Positions 62,098-64,000 of a stretch of 64,000 nucleotides of DNA are shown here, in pieces (the first letter of the stretch is position 1; each line of letters opens with the position of its first letter). Origin of the DNA: Salpingoeca rosetta (Eukaryota > Protista > Choanoflagellata). A program made the translations under genes and the position numbers. The notes beneath the pieces were generated by a model. It saw only the letters and a program-made list of their open reading frames with translations, was not told the DNA's origin and searched no databases. The stretch lies in assembly GCA_033442325.1 (NCBI GenBank), contig JAWQFM010000012.1:622122-686121 (forward strand), in the 5' to 3' direction.

Positions 62098-62406
62098 CTC
62101 ACCTCATCCTCCACACACGAAAAAAGACGTGAGCGTGCGCGAAGGGCAGGAGCGGGTGTGTGTATGCGTGTGTGCGTGTAAATGTGTGTGTGGGTGTGGG
62201 TGTATTTGTGTTTGTATGTATATGCGTGTGTATGTGTTTGTGTATGCGGGGGGGTGTGTTCGTTTGTGCCCTTGCACGTGCTGTTGAGTTGCTGCTTGTG
62301 AATGTGGTTGTATCTGCAGCCTCTTCTTCTCCTTGTTCCTGCTGCTTCTCCTCCTTCTGTTTGCCTTGTGCTCCTGATTTTCTTCTCTCCTTCTTTGCCT
62401 TCTCCT

Positions 62407-62453
<47 letters not shown>

Positions 62454-62877
62454 TCTCGCTCTTATTCCTCGTTGGTCGGTGTGTCTTCGCTTCAAGCGCT
62501 ATTCGTATCCATGGATTCACACTGCACGCCAACGAAACCCCAGCCTCGCATCAATGTGGCCACCACCACCTCCAGCAGCACCACCGCCAGCAGCACCACA
62601 GCAGCAGCACACGCCTGCTGCAGTTCGGAATCGTGGCGGCACCAGTCCTGCGTCCACTACAGTTTGTGCTGCCGCAGACTGTTATTTTGCCCTCCCTCCA
62701 AAATCCACCACCACGCAACGCGCACAATCCCTTACAACCACGCCACAACACAACAACAACAACCACGCCACAAACACCACCGCTTCCCCCTTCTTGCTTG
62801 CTTGCGCTTGCTTGCTCCCTGCGCCTTGTTTCACCAACTCACCAACCCCCCCCCTTCTTCTCTCTCTCCCTCCCGAG

Positions 62878-64000
62878 ATGATAAAGGTGGTCGTGTTGAT
62901 GGCCGCTGTGGCTGTGGTTGCAGTGGCAGCGATGCTGCCTGCTGCGTGCAGTGGCCTTGGATCAGAGGCCACGCAGCCGGAGCAGGTGCACATTGCACTG
63001 GCAGGCCTCGATGCAAAGGGCAACCCAAATGGCATGGCTGTGTCGTGGCAGACGCACACGCGCACGGCCACGTCCGTGGTCCGATATGGCCTCAACAGCA
63101 CGGCGCTGACCATGCACGCCACGGGCAACTGCTCCTCCTACTACGCCACCTTCGACCACCACGTCGTGCTGCACAACCTGCTGCCCAAGACCCGCTACTA
63201 CTACCAGGTCGGCGACGCCACTGGCGGCTGGAGCAAGGTGTTCTCGTTTGTGAGCGCCCCGCTCTCGTCCCGCGACATGCCCATCAACTTTGCCGTGTGG
63301 GGCGACCTCGGCGTCGTCAACGGCGACTCCACGCTGGCCTTCCTCAACAACATCAAGGACAACATCGACCTCATGTGGCACGCGGGCGACATTGCATACG
63401 CCGACGACACGTTCATCCACCTCACGTGCGCCACCAAGTTCTGCTACGAGGACATCTGGAACGAGTACATGAACCTAATGCAGCCACTCGCCTCTGGCAT
63501 GCCATACATGACCACCCCGGGCAACCACGAGGCCGAGTGCCACAGCCCGGCGTGCCTGCTGTCCTCGGAGCGGCGGGAGGCCCTGCGCAACTTCACCGCC
63601 TACAACCACCGCTTCCGCATGCCCAGCCCGGAGAGCGGCGGCGTCCTCAACATGTGGCACTCGTTCAACTACGGGCCCGTGCACTTTGTCTCGCTCGACA
63701 CGGAGACCGCGTTCCCGCTCGCCCCTGAGGAGCACATGTACGTGCTGCCGTGCGGCGGGTTTGGCGACATGCTCACGTGGCTGGAGCAGGACCTGATTGA
63801 GGCGAACAAGCACCGCGACGAGCGGCCGTGGATCCTGGCGGCGTCGCACCACCCAATGTACTTTGGCGGGAACATCAACGAGCCCTTCCAGAAGGCCATC
63901 GAGGACCTCTTCCACAAGTACAACGTGGACATGTACTTTGCCGGGCACAAGCACTCGTACGAGCGCGACTACCCCGTGTACAAGGGCGTGCCGCAGCCCA
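62878..64000 (+). CDS. Secreted purple acid phosphatase (FN3-like N-domain + calcineurin-like metallophosphoesterase), runs off the window
   Basis: Signal peptide MIKVVVLMAAVAVVAVAA, then PEQVHIAL..MAVSW..YYYQVG (PAP N-domain) and all five metal-ligand motifs: GDLG, GDIAY, GNHE, ASHHP, GHKH. Uninterrupted ORF, missing from the track because it has no stop in the window. Confidence 0.95.
   Translation, partial: MIKVVVLMAAVAVVAVAAMLPAACSGLGSEATQPEQVHIALAGLDAKGNPNGMAVSWQTHTRTATSVVRYGLNSTALTMHATGNCSSYYATFDHHVVLHNLLPKTRYYYQVGDATGGWSKVFSFVSAPLSSRDMPINFAVWGDLGVVNGDSTLAFLNNIKDNIDLMWHAGDIAYADDTFIHLTCATKFCYEDIWNEYMNLMQPLASGMPYMTTPGNHEAECHSPACLLSSERREALRNFTAYNHRFRMPSPESGGVLNMWHSFNYGPVHFVSLDTETAFPLAPEEHMYVLPCGGFGDMLTWLEQDLIEANKHRDERPWILAASHHPMYFGGNINEPFQKAIEDLFHKYNVDMYFAGHKHSYERDYPVYKGVPQP

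Noticed and set aside
62160-63728. 522-aa plus-strand ORF
   Set aside because: Off-frame shadow of the purple acid phosphatase caused by biased codon usage; the motif-bearing frame starts at 62878.

Overview
Eukaryotic, gene-dense, intron-rich DNA. Introns are GT-AG and full of (CA/GT)n microsatellites, and there are two assembly gaps. Sequence style and the animal-like gene set point to a choanoflagellate, most likely Salpingoeca rosetta (inference). Most six-frame ORFs are microsatellite artefacts. Manual exon stitching supports 11 genes in this order: a partial CDK9/CDK12-like kinase (-), proteasome beta-7 PSMB4 (+), holocytochrome-c synthase (-), an intronless PB1...UBA p62/NBR1-like protein (+), an armadillo-repeat protein (+), a ~16 kb gene for a giant secreted mosaic protein (-), an ankyrin-repeat protein (-), an intronless HAP40/F8A homolog (+), TRAP-delta/SSR4 (+), a ~17 kb four-repeat cyclic-nucleotide-gated K+ channel of the CNGK/tetraKCNG type (-), and a partial purple acid phosphatase (+). 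Three observations stand out. (1) SSR4 has no independent start exon or promoter space, so it probably shares its first codons with HAP40 (HAP40 = retained intron) or starts at or just after the HAP40 stop. (2) The channel is a sperm-type CNGK in which only the third nucleotide-binding domain is fully canonical. (3) The giant secreted protein has an unusual domain mosaic. Family assignments come from recalled motifs, not database searches, and exon coordinates are approximate.
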